Assembly: GCA_951406725.2 (NCBI GenBank)
Contig: OX597816.1
Location: 102,796,001-102,860,000, forward strand
Reading direction: 5' to 3'
Length of the DNA stretch: 64,000 nucleotides
Origin: Octopus vulgaris
Lineage: Eukaryota
Shown: positions 25,649 through 38,454 of the stretch, in pieces
Layout: the number at the start of each line of letters is the position of its first letter
Position numbering within the stretch: position 1 is the first letter of the stretch
The notes under the pieces: model-generated
What the model saw: the letters and a program-made list of their open reading frames with translations, nothing else
What the model was told of the DNA's origin: nothing
Databases searched by the model: none
Made by a program: the position numbers and the translations under genes

Positions 25649-26194
25649 TGAGTCCTGTTCGTACTTTGCTTTAAGTATATTCTGTGCTTCTATCCCACAA
25701 ATCTTGCATTACCCCTATCTTGTTCTTTTAGTTTGCAATGCTGCAGCAAAAAAAGAAAGAAAAATGAAATTTTAGATTATAGTGTAAATGATGTTACCTT
25801 GTTACACAATGCCTTAGAATATCAAATTTACTCTGGATCCTCTGAAATAAAAAAAAAATTAAAATTTTGAAAAAAGAGCATGAGTACACTATTCTTAGAA
25901 ATCTTGAACTATTAGATTCCCACTTATGTATAAATTGTTAGACATTAATAAGTATTCTTAAGCACCAAGTATTGAATCAAGTATTCTTAAAGAAGTAGCA
26001 GCAGAAAGTACTGAGGATTCATGTACTTCATCAGTCTCAAATTTATTCAACTATCAACATGTCTCCTTCAAAGGACCTTGACCTATCCCAAGTAAACACA
26101 TACATCATGGGAAGTTACTTGGAGGAAAGTAAAAGAAAATAAAGAAAAACACTAAGAGTATTTTACGGCAAATAAAACGAATCAAATAATAATG

Positions 26195-26398
26195 GTTTCA
26201 AATTTTGGTACAGGATCAGTAGTTTTTGTTAGGAGTAAACATGATTACATCACCCCCCCCGCCCCCCAGTGTTCGATCCCGAAAGGATGAAAAGTAAAGT
26301 CGACCTCGGCGGAATTTGAACATGGAATGTAAAGATGGACGAAATGCCGCTAAGCAATTTCATCTCATGTTCGAGCGCTTCTATTAGCTCGCTGCCTT
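26195..26398 (-). mobile_element. SINE family A copy, internally deleted
   Basis: CCCGAAAGGATGAAAAGTAAAGTCGACCTCGGCGGAATTTGAAC. Confidence 0.8.
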
Positions 26399-26711
26399 GA
26401 CTGAATATGTAATAATTAAATATCTGTTTTGTTGAATGAATAATGATTGAATTTGTAAATATCTGTACACTGAATGATACAGTTTAATTAGTGAATAATG
26501 TCAGTCACTTTAATAGGTAACACTTTTTCTAGTACAGATTTATATTGTTTACAACTGGTATAGTTTGCAGGCAATGAGAAAACATGGACCTTCAAACTTC
26601 TAAAGACAACAGAGAAAACGAAGAGACTTACAGAATCTGCGTCCATAAACAATTTCCCATCTCAGCCAAAAATAATTCTGAATCATTTAAGTCCTATCAT
26701 GCATATTCTTT

Positions 26712-27098
26712 TATTCTTTTATTTGTTTCAGTCATTTGACTGCAGCTATGCTGGAGCATCGCCTTTTTAGTCGAACAAATCGACCCCAGGACTTATTCAT
26801 TGTAAGCCTAGTACTTATTCTATCGTTTTTTTTTTGCCGAACTGCTAAGTTGCGGGGACGTAAACACACCAACATGGGTTGTCAAGTGATGATGGGGGGA
26901 CAAACATACACACACACACACACACATATGCATATATATATACGACGGGCTTCTTTCAGTTTCCGTCTACCAAATCCACTCACAAGGCTTTGGTCGGCCC
27001 GAGGCTATATAGTAGAAGACACTTGCCCAAGGTGCCATGCAGTGGGACTGTACCCAGAACAATGTGGTTGATAAGCAAGTTACTTACCACACAGCCAC
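26712..27098 (-). mobile_element. Full-length SINE family B copy with internal (CA)n
   Basis: tRNA-like head at 27098, body and 3' tail all present; joins the fragment types seen at 8862, 9105 and 12673. Confidence 0.9.
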
Positions 27099-28099
27099 AT
27101 TTTTTTGTATACTAATAGATAAATATGTCTATGGTTATGCCAAATAAATAATTTCAAAGCATCACCAATTCATGAAATGAATCTAATCGCATCCGTGGCT
27201 CTGGTAGGTTTTATGATAAGGCCTACACCCCACTTAATCAGGAACAGCTAGCACTTCAATTGACGGTTCTCACTATTTCAGAAGATCTATCATGTTGAAA
27301 GCACATCTTTAACGCAGTCGGGTACCGTCCCAACGACAGGCTCTTTCTTCAGGGACAGAATATATAAAAGACCGCAATAATTATTGATGTTCTATAAAGA
27401 GTCATCCGACTCATTTATATAATGTTAAAGACAAATTCATGTCTCTCTCTCAGTGCTAAGCTTTCTCCTTTCTTTTCTTTTTTACTAACAGGGCTGATGC
27501 CGTCTCAACCTAGATTCCTCCGACCCCCTCGTCTCTCCTCTTCATTATTGTGTGCAGCTTCCCTCGGTGCCTCACTAATTATATCCTGTCCTTCCTCTCT
27601 AGAATGTCGACCCTCTGGTATTCCCTCCCTTCTTGTACCTTTCCTACAAGCGTTGAGATACAAAGATTCAACAGAAAAATTAAAAAAATTAATGGCATTA
27701 ACCTCATTGATCCAAGAGGACCTGCAAAAGCCATGGGCAAGTAAAAAATGTATATCAAGTTACCTAGTTCGATATCTTGAAACAACGTACTTGGGAAGTT
27801 CGACATACAACTATTTGCAATGCATTAGAAATGTTAGTTTATAGCATTATCGAGATTTTACGGTATCTTATAGACATTGACATAATTTCAAAATATGGTG
27901 CAGGCTGTAGTTTATGCCAATCTTTACAACATATATTATGCAACAAATATCTCCCCGTCATCCTCTATATATATGTGTTGCAGGATGTAGCGAATCAATA
28001 TCATTCTACATCTCTAGACATCTATTTACTAAAAAGAAAATCTTAAGAACAGCATTTATATAAAATATCTTAGGATACTTTCTGTATTATAAACTCATA

Positions 28100-31000
28100 A
28101 CTTTAATTTTCTACTATTCTTAGGTCTATTCACAGTTACATACAGTTGATCGTGGCAAACATAATCCTACTGTATCAAATGACTAGTCTTGAGAATTTTT
28201 AATAGTCAAAACAAATTAGGGGATAATGGGGAAACTCTTCATTTTCAAAATAAAGCTTATTGTTTTTATCACTTGAGTCTAAATCTACTCTTGGGTTTTA
28301 CAACATTTCCTTTTCTGCTGTTAGTGATAATATCTGTAGTAATACAGTGGACGTCTAAAGATTTGATGATAAGTCTAATGCCACTTTGTAGTTTTTTTTA
28401 ATGGGTTTGAGGTTATGCAAGAGTATTATAATTAAGCTAACTTTTTGCTTTAGTTTATAAGAAAGTAATCCCTAAGGAGAAAAAAATTCTGTATGATAAT
28501 TTACTGCTTTCCTATTATCCCCAGTTGTGATGGTGTCTATGATTTCAACTAGGATGAGAGTCAGAATCGTTATTTAGATGCATAGCATATTTGTTTTTGG
28601 AACAGTCCTGCCATCGTTTAGCAAGTCAGCAGCAAAGCTGATTAAAGTATGAAACAGCATATTCTTGTCATGTTCGTTGAAATATCTTCTACGTGTATTG
28701 TACAGATATATTTTCCTTAATCTCAAAGATTATGAAAGGAAGTAGTGCCTATATTATACATCATCGTCATCTAATTTTGAAATAACACTGCCAAATGCAT
28801 CATGTTGCATCTCCTTCAAACTCTGTTTTTTAACATCAAAATCAATAACAATCTCCTCATGAATGTCCTTAATGTTATTAAAACTAGCGAACATGCAGTT
28901 ATTTCTAAATTGTAGTTGCGTAGACAGGATGATGAACATTTGCGATTAAAGTGTTGTCGATCTTTCAGTATTAGCGAATGATCACTCGGTCTATTTAGGG
29001 TAGAGGAAAATAGGAAATTATTCTCCCAATTGGGGCCCCAGTTTGACGTCTACTTCTGATATGCATTGCAGCCATTCCCTTCATAATTTTGTAAATTTCT
29101 GCTTTTAGCTTCTGATTTGTAAGATTTTGAGTGTGAATCTTCACACATCGTGGCCCATGTTACAGCTCCGGTATCACAGGCACATGGTTAGAACATCCGA
29201 AGAAAGAATAGCAAGGTAGGTTTTTATAGGTAAAGCAATCTGATAGGAAATCTAAAGCTAGACTACGAGCAAAATGGTTGGATAACATCTGTAGCCTCGC
29301 TGGATTGCGCTTAGGGACCCAATTGAATCACTTACTGACAGTTGCTTCAGGTAGGATTCACTAGAACGAGCATCTGAAGATTCTGTTCCCTCGTTCCTAA
29401 TTGGAATAAGTGAGCGATGAAGATGGGTGGATAATAATTGGAAGTATAACTTTAGTTTCTGTAGATGTGAAATACATTCTAGAGTTCAATTTATCTTTCC
29501 CATGTTTCCTCTGTTTCCATGTTCTTCTATTTTCAATTATATATATGCCAGAAATTTCAGAGAAAAATACCGTTTTGTAGCTCCAGCAGTTTCAGAAACA
29601 TACATTGAGGCGAATGTTTCTGTTTTGGGTATTTTGAAATACCAGTCTAGCATCTTGAAAGTACACTATAAATGTTTAAGCGGTTGTAAATGTTCAAGAT
29701 GAAAGATGGCTCACAGCATGTTATATAACATGCATTTTACATTCTAGTAACCCCTTATTGTTTCTGGAAAAATAACTAATCAACCATGTATATACGGCAA
29801 AATTTCATCATAAACAAAAGAAATTGCGTTGTTGCATTTGCTTCAGCACATGGTCATATCTTTTATATATGTATTCGGAGATATGTTTACAGAATTTATG
29901 GAAGAGTGAATTTAAGTATTAATGCCATAATTGTATTTGTATGTGAACTACTTGATGTATGGTATATTTCGGTTGTGAGCATAATTACAAGCTTGAAATA
30001 CTTGGTCATAGTGCCTTTAGTGAGTGTAACCCTCGACACTAGCCGTTGTGTTATCTCTGAAATCCTTAGTAACCCTTTGGAGTAATTATTATTCTCTACG
30101 CAAGTAGTATTGAGATTTGCATGACCATAGAATCCATGAATCTGACAGTTTTTACAGAGTATTAGTGGATAAACTCTGCACTGGGTTTGGAAGCTCTACA
30201 CACATAAAGTAATAAATTATAGTGAAATCAGTACTTGTTTTGAAATTTAATGGAATAACCCAATGCTTGGACTGTTCCAACAGCAGAAACTTGTAACTAT
30301 GTCGTCGGATAGTTTAAGTTTGAGTACTCGAGCAATCAAATTAAGTCGACTATTTATTTATTTATTTATTTTGATGACCACGATAAATTGCAAGTAACTG
30401 TAATAAAAATATTAAGCTTCTTTATAGGGACACTGTTGCCATTGCATTGCAGTAACGCTCTTTCATGTTGTTAAATGACCCCTGAAAGGATGATAGCGAT
30501 ATCACCAGACACCCAACCTGTACTTCTTTATTAACAGCAGTTGCAAAGTGATCGAGAAGTTTTAGCATCTTAATCATGCTTGATGACACCTGACATAGAT
30601 TCTTCCTGCACATAGTCGTCCACTATTCACTGTGGAAATAATTTGTAGCTACAGGTTAGGTTAAATTCGTTTTTTAGTGTAGTTTGCAATATTGTGTTGC
30701 AGCGTTCTTTCAGTAAGTGGCAAATAAAGCTGCCGACTTAGTTTATCATACGGATAAAATAAGTATATCATATATATTAATGTAATATTTATAATATTAC
30801 ATTAATAAATTGTCCATCTATCTGCATTCCTGAAAACCTTTGCCACCTCGTCCACTGCTGACTAATAATAGTGCCAAAACAGAAGAATCTCTGAGACTGG
30901 TCTGTTTTCTGCTCGTTGTGCTCGCTCCATTTCTTCCACTCCTCATATAATTTTGTATACCTTTGCACAAAAATTATTTCCACTAATAATTTTATGTCGA

Positions 31001-31900
31001 GTGACCATTATTTCGGAGATAGCTTGCTGACTAAGGCTAGCATCATTCGTCATTGTTAAATCAGTAATATACAGTTAAGTAAATTATCTTTCATCTCCTT
31101 CTAGAGAGTACATATTAGAAGTGCGATGAGAAATTTGCTCATGCACTCTGTTTCAGCTATTTGCACACCCACCCATTGAAGCAAAGGAAAGGGCGGTGTT
31201 GCATGTTCTAATATTGTTTTTAAAATTGGAATAACGAGGATGACCTAACTGACTCATAATATGTTTCTGTTATTCCGAGAAAATGTTGCTCTTGCGGAAT
31301 GTGAACTTTACCTTTATGGCAGCAATTATGAAGTAAGACTTCGTCATTAAACTGATATATTACGCTAAATTCTCTACGAGAATGCTGCTTAGTATTTTTT
31401 CAAAAAATGTTGAATAATTTATGTATTGCCTTATATCATGTTAATGCTTGCCTCATGTCATTATTACCATATCTCCTAATATTTCTATTACCCTTTGTTT
31501 CATTTTGTATGTACTCAGTGTCTCTCAATCTTTATTTTCTAGCAGTTTAATCTTCAAATCTTACTACAGCTCTTTGTATTAAGTAACCTATTCATATTTC
31601 TCTTTGTTCTTCAGTTTCATTTTATAATCAAATAACAGCTCTTTGTCTTAGATCTTCTCTAATTTGATTTCTTTGCTCTTCACCTAATTATCTTCATTAT
31701 TATTTTACTTTTTCTCTTTCACTTTCATTTTGCAGTCCATCTGCTGCTTTGTATCTTGCTTGTGCTCTAATCTTTCTCACTTCACCAATCTTCTCGCGAC
31801 TCTCTCTATCTTGCAATATTCTCATCCGAATTTCTTCATATATTTTTCGGATTCTCTGAGACCTTGAGCGTCAGAAGCTCGCCTTGCTGCTATTACACCA
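28100..31900 (-). mobile_element. Highly decayed autonomous Helitron Rep/PIF1 helicase gene
   Basis: Collinear minus-strand motifs: CCHKGKV (~31310), FKNNIRTCNTALSFASMG (~31200), LSSFQGSFNNMKERYCNAMA (ORF 30422-30613), RLNLIARVLKLKL, IHGFYGHANL..C (~30125), YDEI, AADLLNDGRT (~28620), PRVDLDSSD, SQD*SFDTVG, HDQLYV (~28145). Confidence 0.85.
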
Positions 31901-32079
31901 GCAATCTGATCTGACTTACATTGTGGTGCTTCATATACTCCACTCTGGATGTACGTCAGCTATTCTCTTTTCTAGGATTGCCGCTTCTAATATTCCTTTT
32001 TATTATAATACATGTGATATTATGCCTTTATTTACCCAACGACTTGCTGTTAATTTTCAGACACATATTTTTAAGTAGA

Positions 32080-32141
<62 letters not shown>

Positions 32142-32149
32142 TAGATAAA

Positions 32150-33047
32150 CTTAGATATGTTTCGACCAAAGATTGGTCCAGGCCATGTCTAACTTAATAG
32201 CACCACCTGATAGATTATTTGAATCCTGTTTAAGTCAAGTTTTGTTTATGGTCCATTCAAGTAGTGAGTTTTTGTTGGGTGAGTTGTATCCAATTATGGG
32301 TGGCTTATCTGGTATTCCTTGAAGGAATCTATCCAGACTCCATTTAAAGTTCATGGGATCCTTTTCCTCTTTGATCTCTTTCGGGACAATGTTAAATAGG
32401 ACAGGGCCTGTTGAGGAAAAGAAATTATGTTGCAGTGTACATGTATGCTGTGATCTTGAATTGGGCAGGGGACGTATGGCCCGTGGTCCGAGTCTTGGAT
32501 GAACCTTGAAGCTAATGTTCAGGTCGTTTGGGCAAAGTTGGCGGTATATTCTCCACATCGTACAAATGATGTACCGCTCACGGCGATGCTGGAGAGAGTA
32601 GAGTTTCAAGGCTTTAAGGCGATCCCAATAATCGAGAGCAGCCATGCCTTCAATTCGTTTAGTGAGTGCCCTCTGGGGTGATTCAATCCTCGAGATGTTT
32701 TTCTTGTATGGGGAGACCACAGTGGGCAGCAGTATTCTAGGTGTGGCCGTAAAAAGGAGGAGAAAAGTGGTATGATGACACCTTGTTCTCTGGACCGGAA
32801 AGTTCTTAAGATCCAGGAACTCATCCTACGAGCTATATCGACCTTCTTGTTGATGTGTGCACTCCAACTGAGATCGTCATCAACAATTACACCCAGGTCT
32901 CTGATATTGTTAGAGGCTGTGAGCGGTTCCCCTGAAGGAAGAGAGTATGGCTGTTTTAGTGAAGAATTTTTTCCAAAATGCATCAACTCAAATTTTCCCT
33001 CGTTCAGTCGCATTTTGTTTCTGTCTGCCCATTGACTCACAGCATGT
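32150..33047 (-). mobile_element. CR1/L2-like LINE, 5'-truncated, with 3' tail
   Basis: WADRNKMRLNEGKF, RDLGVIVDDDL, LRPHLEYCCPLWSP, LYSLQHRRERY; the 3' UTR is shared with 38000-38100. Confidence 0.9.
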
Positions 33048-33479
33048 CCATACATATCTACATGAACAAATCCATAGGTAGACACGCACACACTTACATA
33101 CATACATGCAGGGATAAAAACTTACATTAATATGTGCATGCGCGTAACACACAACATCTTAAACTTTTATTTCAAATGTCTGGATAAAACGAAACTGTTA
33201 TAATTATATTTGTGTAGCGAACTAATTCTTTGGATACAAAAACGAACAGATTTCATTTAATCTTGCTATTATATTACTTATGATTATACAAAGCTGAGAA
33301 TGACAGAATAACTCAAGATGCAATGATATCACAAATTTTTCTACGCATTCCTGCTTTTTCTTCTCCACTCCTGCCTGCATATATCTAGTTCTCACTCTTA
33401 CTCTTCCAATTATCTACTCTCTCTCTATCGCTCTCGATTTCCCTCTTCCCCCAAACACACACACACACACACACGCACA

Positions 33480-33525
33480 TATTATATAACTTACCACACA
33501 TATATGTGTGGTAAGTTATATAATA
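33480..33525. repeat. Perfect 46-bp palindrome with no spacer
   Basis: TATTATATAACTTACCACACATATATGTGTGGTAAGTTATATAATA equals its own reverse complement. Confidence 0.95.
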
Positions 33526-34139
33526 CTTATAATTGAGAGGACCCGATTCAGAAGCAAGCGCTACATGCTATTGTAGAAAAATTATATATTCATGAGGTGT
33601 AATTAAATAACAAATTAATTATTCAAGATGGTCACTCTGTGAAGTCTTCTGTGAGATGAGAAAGTATGAGAAAATAGACTAGTCTCGTTTCATTCTAAGG
33701 AAGAGATATATAGTATAGCGACCATAATACTATAATACATTCACCTTCATTCCACTGTGTATGATTGTGTCAATATATGAAGAAGCAAAATGTTCAAAAT
33801 TGATTTTAAAATATTGATCTATAAAATTATGTAAAATTGGATAATAATAATCAGATGAGCATAACATATAGAGTGTGCACTTGAGCTCATAACTGGCGTG
33901 CATGTGATGTTAGTGTTCGAGCGAATGAAAGTATTTCAGTTCACAACCATGTTAGGATTCATAGAAAGTTGAAGTTGTTAAAGAGTAATATGAAGAGACA
34001 GAAGAAAGAAAGGGGAAAATAAAAAAGAGAAAGAAAAAAGAAAAAGAAGAAAACTAGAAAGTGATGTTTAGAAGAAAATGAGAGAAAAGAAGGAGAGAAG
34101 AAGTGGGGTAAAGTTATTCTCGAAGGTAGTTTGCGGGCC

Positions 34140-34370
34140 GGAGTCCGGACTTTCCAGTGAGTTAGTATGTTCTCGTGAGTATATATTGTAAAGATTTCAT
34201 TTTTGGAAGTGAGACAGGTATCAATTGAGGCGTTTTTATTTCTTAGAATTGTGCCTTCTCCGTTGCATATTCTGCATTTCTTGCCCAATTTATATATGTC
34301 TAGTCTTTCGACTATTTTCCATTTCATGATATATTTAATCGTTATGTCGTAGTTCTTCTCTTTTTCGAGT
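34140..34370 (-). mobile_element. Penelope-like element C-terminal (GIY-YIG region) fragment
   Basis: KWKIVERLDIYKLGKKCRICNGE...LTSKNEIFT resembles the PLE W.I....Y.....C.LC..EK...LN.R.E motif. Confidence 0.7.
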
Positions 34371-34739
34371 GATAGAAAGATAGATAGAAAGATTACAACT
34401 GGCTATAAACATTATATTGGAATTACCACCACGTCATTCATGATTCAGAGCGTTTAGGTGAACAACTGACAAGATATAGTATACATGATTTAAAGAACAT
34501 TTATCTCTTTTTATACATGAAGATTTGGGCCATCAAATTGTTTGGGTTTCTTTTTATATGTTTTTTGTGATTTCATGTTTGGAAATTATTTTAACTGTAT
34601 TGTACAAGGAAATACCCGTTTAGAATGGCCCAGAGATAGCTTACCTTAATTTTAGCGTTTAAAGTGTAAAGAAGTGAGAATAAAATAATTTTCTTGTGTC
34701 TATATTTAACTCAATGAATGTATCTATCAATCAATAAAT

Positions 34740-34834
<95 letters not shown>

Positions 34835-35092
34835 CCTATCTATCTGTCTGTCTGCCTGCATGTCTGTCTGTCTATCTGTTTGTCTGTGTGTCAGTCTGTC
34901 TGTGTGCCTGTCCGTCCGTCTGTTCGTCTGTCTGTTTATATAAACATATAAACATATAACCATACACACACGCACACCCATACACATACATATACATATA
35001 TGTACATATATATATATATGTATATATATGTATGTATATATATATATATATATATATACATACATACATACATACATACATACATACATACA

Positions 35093-35128
<36 letters not shown>

Positions 35129-35257
35129 TAAGCAAGAATGCCAGCTGTGCATCGTTAACCACCTAGAAGAGATGTTCTCTTGGGCTTAAAAAATCGCAGT
35201 AAAGTCCGTTCCAACGGAACAGCCATATTGAAGTACCTACGAACATTACTATATGCG

Positions 35258-35297
<40 letters not shown>

Positions 35298-35389
35298 GAG
35301 AGAGAATAAATACACATACGTAAACTAGACACTTATAATATTAATTATCTTGGTGACATACTTATTGCGAGTGTACAATATATATATAC

Positions 35390-35650
35390 GATCTGAAGCG
35401 ATGCAACATTCCCTTTTCTACCTGGGAAAACAAAGCATTAGAACGCAGGACCAGGCGCCAATCCTGCTTCTCCTTAGTTCAAAGATTTGAGCAAAGTCGA
35501 GTACAACATCAGGACAAGAATCATGCAAGCATGAAGATACGCTGGTAAAACGCTGCTCCTCCAAATGGAAACCTTACCTGATATTGTGGTCTTGTAGCAT
35601 GAAGCTAAGCAGGCCTTGCCGTCCTCTCAAGAAAACACATAGGAAAGGAT
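35390..35650 (+). mobile_element. RTE LINE 3' fragment
   Basis: DLKRCNIPFSTWENKALERR followed by a degenerate C-terminal zinc-finger-like segment. Confidence 0.55.
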
Positions 35651-35812
35651 TCAGAAGTACTCAAACAAAGTGAGTCCTCAACTTGTTCCATTAACCAGAA
35701 GATTTGCAAGGCACCAGCAGGAGTTAAGAGGCATATCCGTGTCCATAGAACATGATTAATGTTTTATTTTACTGAACCCTCATCTGTCGTGAACGACAAG
35801 ATTGTCCATCCA

Positions 35813-35866
<54 letters not shown>

Positions 35867-35874
35867 GATGTATA

Positions 35875-36118
35875 AAAACCACCAGTGGTGTCCCCCAGGG
35901 GACTGTCTTGGGCCCGTTTCTGTTTACAGTCTATATAAACGACATTTCAAGCGTAATAAAACACAGCAGAATGAAAATATTTGCCGATGACTCCAACCTC
36001 CGGAAAATTATCAACGGAAAAGAACGAACTAAACTCCAGTCTGATTTACATGCTGTAAGTCAATGGACAGATAAAAACAAAATGCAACCAAACGAGGGAA
36101 AATTTGAACTGATAAATT
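35875..36118 (+). mobile_element. CR1/L2-like RT core fragment
   Basis: SGVPQGTVLGPFLFTVYINDI..KIFADDS..LQSDL..WTDKNKM; same family as 32150-33047. Confidence 0.88.
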
Positions 36119-36309
36119 TGAGAGTTTATGAGAATTACTTAACACAGTTTTTGAAGTGTACAGGTGATTAAAAATATTATTAAGAAAAAAATGATATGAA
36201 ATCTATTATGAGGATATTACTAACCGTTTTGGGGGAGACTTTTTTTCTCGCGTGTGAGCGCTTTCGTTTAACCTTTTCAAACACATGTGCTCTTATATAT
36301 ATATATATA

Positions 36310-36530
36310 GTTAAAGTTAATCCAAACAAGAAAGCACAAAAAACACAACAACGTGAGGACGTGGAACAAATATAGTATTATTGGACGCTCAGGAAACGTT
36401 TCGAGCGGAGCTCTTCGCCGGAAACACAGGAGAAGGAAAGATCCAGAGAAGAGAAGAGAGAGGAAAAACATCGCCAACGGTACACACGAGGTCGTCGGCT
36501 CCAGCTCGTATCCGAGCATTGGGTTTTCAT
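36310..36530 (-). mobile_element. Non-coding repeat, probably a Penelope-derived terminal repeat, with a degenerate minimal hammerhead-like motif
   Basis: Minus strand CCGGCGA-AGAGC TCC GCTC-GAAACGTT; part is homologous (inverted) to 12920-13010. Confidence 0.5.
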
Positions 36531-36534
36531 TCAA

Positions 36535-37985
36535 TCTCCTCGGCTGATGTTTGTGCCGAAAGTGACTTTGGAGTCCAAGTCGGTGGTGAAAAAATCATGG
36601 GAAGAAATCGGACGGGATGGTCTGTGCAGGGCGAGGATGTTGGAGACGCTCCTTTCTTCTGCATTTTGCTTCCTAATTCTGTTGGTTGTTCTGCTTGAAG
36701 GAGCTAGCTCCATTGCAGATAGCAGTCCTCCAGGCTTTCCCATCCATGGCAATCTGTTCCCATGAGGATAGCTCGATTTTAGCTTGAACCAAAGTCCGTC
36801 TGAGCTGGTCTTTAAAACGGAATTTCGGACCTCCTCTGGGTCTTGTTCTGATTGCAAGTTCTCCGTAGAGCATGATCCTTGGGAGACGAGAGGGCTCCAT
36901 ATGCTGGATGTAACCTGACAGCGGAGACGATGGCTTCGACACTTGGAAGTAAGGCGCAGCGAAGAACCTCGTTGTTGGTAAAGTGATCTTTCCTTTGTGT
37001 GTTGAGAATCTGTCGTAGCTTCGATTGCTGAAAAAATTCAAGGCGCTTGAAGTCACAGCTGTACAACGTCCAAGTCTCACAAGCGTAGAGATGGTAGGAC
37101 AATAGCACAGAAGACCATGATCTTTGTCCGGATGGTCAGCGCGTGATTGAAGAACACACGTTGGCTGAGTCTGTCGAAGGCGGAGTGGGCCGTCCCAATC
37201 CGGTTCTCCACGTCCTTTTCACACGTGGAGGTCTTCGAAAGGATACTTCCAAAGTATGTGAAGTGTTCAACTTCTAGGGGTTGGCCGTTGATGCTAATGT
37301 TTGTGGGGGACTGTTCTGGTCTGGTACAGGTTGGGTCAGTGTCTTGATCTTTAATATGTTTACCTGCATCCCGAAGCGTTCGTAAACCGCATTGTAAAGA
37401 TCGGCCGTCCTTTGTAGGCCATCTGCGGTCCGGCTCGGTGTGGTATTGACGTCGGCATACTGCATCTCACAGACTGAAATGGCGGAGGTCCTCGTCTTTG
37501 CACGATGTGCGAGATTGAAGAGTCCGCCATCCAAGCGATAGTGCATGTTGATGGAAGATGAGTTTAGTGGGATTTCGTTGAACATGGTGGTCATGTACAA
37601 AGAGAAACAGTTTGGTGACAGGACGCATCCTTGCTTAAGACCCCAGTGATGGGACGTGTCTTTGTTGGTCCACGAGTTGCGTTTTGATGGCAAGACTAAC
37701 TCAATGGATGCGTGGTTCATTAGGATTCTTCCCCTTCCGAAACATGGGGTATTTGGAACCAGCTTCTCTGATGCTGCCTACTCTGAGAAGCCTAGCCTCG
37801 CTCAAGGGTGCCACGTCGATGTTGAAGCAGGCAAGTTCCTTGCTGACGAGGGCTGTACGTCGCTCTGGTCGATTTATGTCTTTCTTGTCCTGGAGAGTGC
37901 GATTGTTCCAAGCCCCGAATGTGAGAGGTTGTGGAACAGAATCATTGGAACACACAGGTTCTTCCACCACGGGAAGGGACGATCA
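36535..37985 (-). mobile_element. RTE-clade LINE, internally deleted (APE start fused to RT)
   Basis: LTFGAWNNRTL..RPERRTALVSKELA..DVAPLSEARL, then GLKQGCVLSP, YRLDGGLFNL, YAD, LYACETW, RLPRIMLYGEL. Confidence 0.92.
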
Positions 37986-37999
37986 GATAAAGTAGATAT

Positions 38000-38450
38000 G
38001 CTTTGACCAGTGATTGGTCCAGGCCATGTCTAACTTAATTTAATAGCACCACCTGATAGGATTAACTAAATCCTTTTTAAGTCAAGTTTTGTGGTATCAT
38101 GGTTCATTCAAGTTGTGAGTTCTTGTTGAGTGAGTTGTATCCAAGTATAGGTGGCTTATCTGGTATTCCTGAAGAAATTTGTCCAGATTCCGTTTAAAGG
38201 AACCCTTCCCGCTTTGATCTGTTACGGTACAATGTTAAGGAGGGCAGGGCCTGTTGAAGAAAAAAAATGTGTTGCAGTGTATTTATGTGTTGTGATCCAC
38301 GTATGGCCCGTGGTCCTAGCTTTGGATGAATTTTGAAACTAATGTTGAGGTCGTTTTGGCAATCCTGGTGGTATATATTCTCCACATCGTGCAAATACTG
38401 CACGGCGGCGCTGGAGAGAATAGAATTTCAATGCTTTAAGGCAGTCCCAA
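38000..38450 (-). mobile_element. CR1/L2-like LINE 3' end
   Basis: Homologous to 32160-32630 (NDLNISFKIHPKLGPRAIR; shared 3' UTR). Confidence 0.88.
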
Positions 38451-38454
38451 TGCT

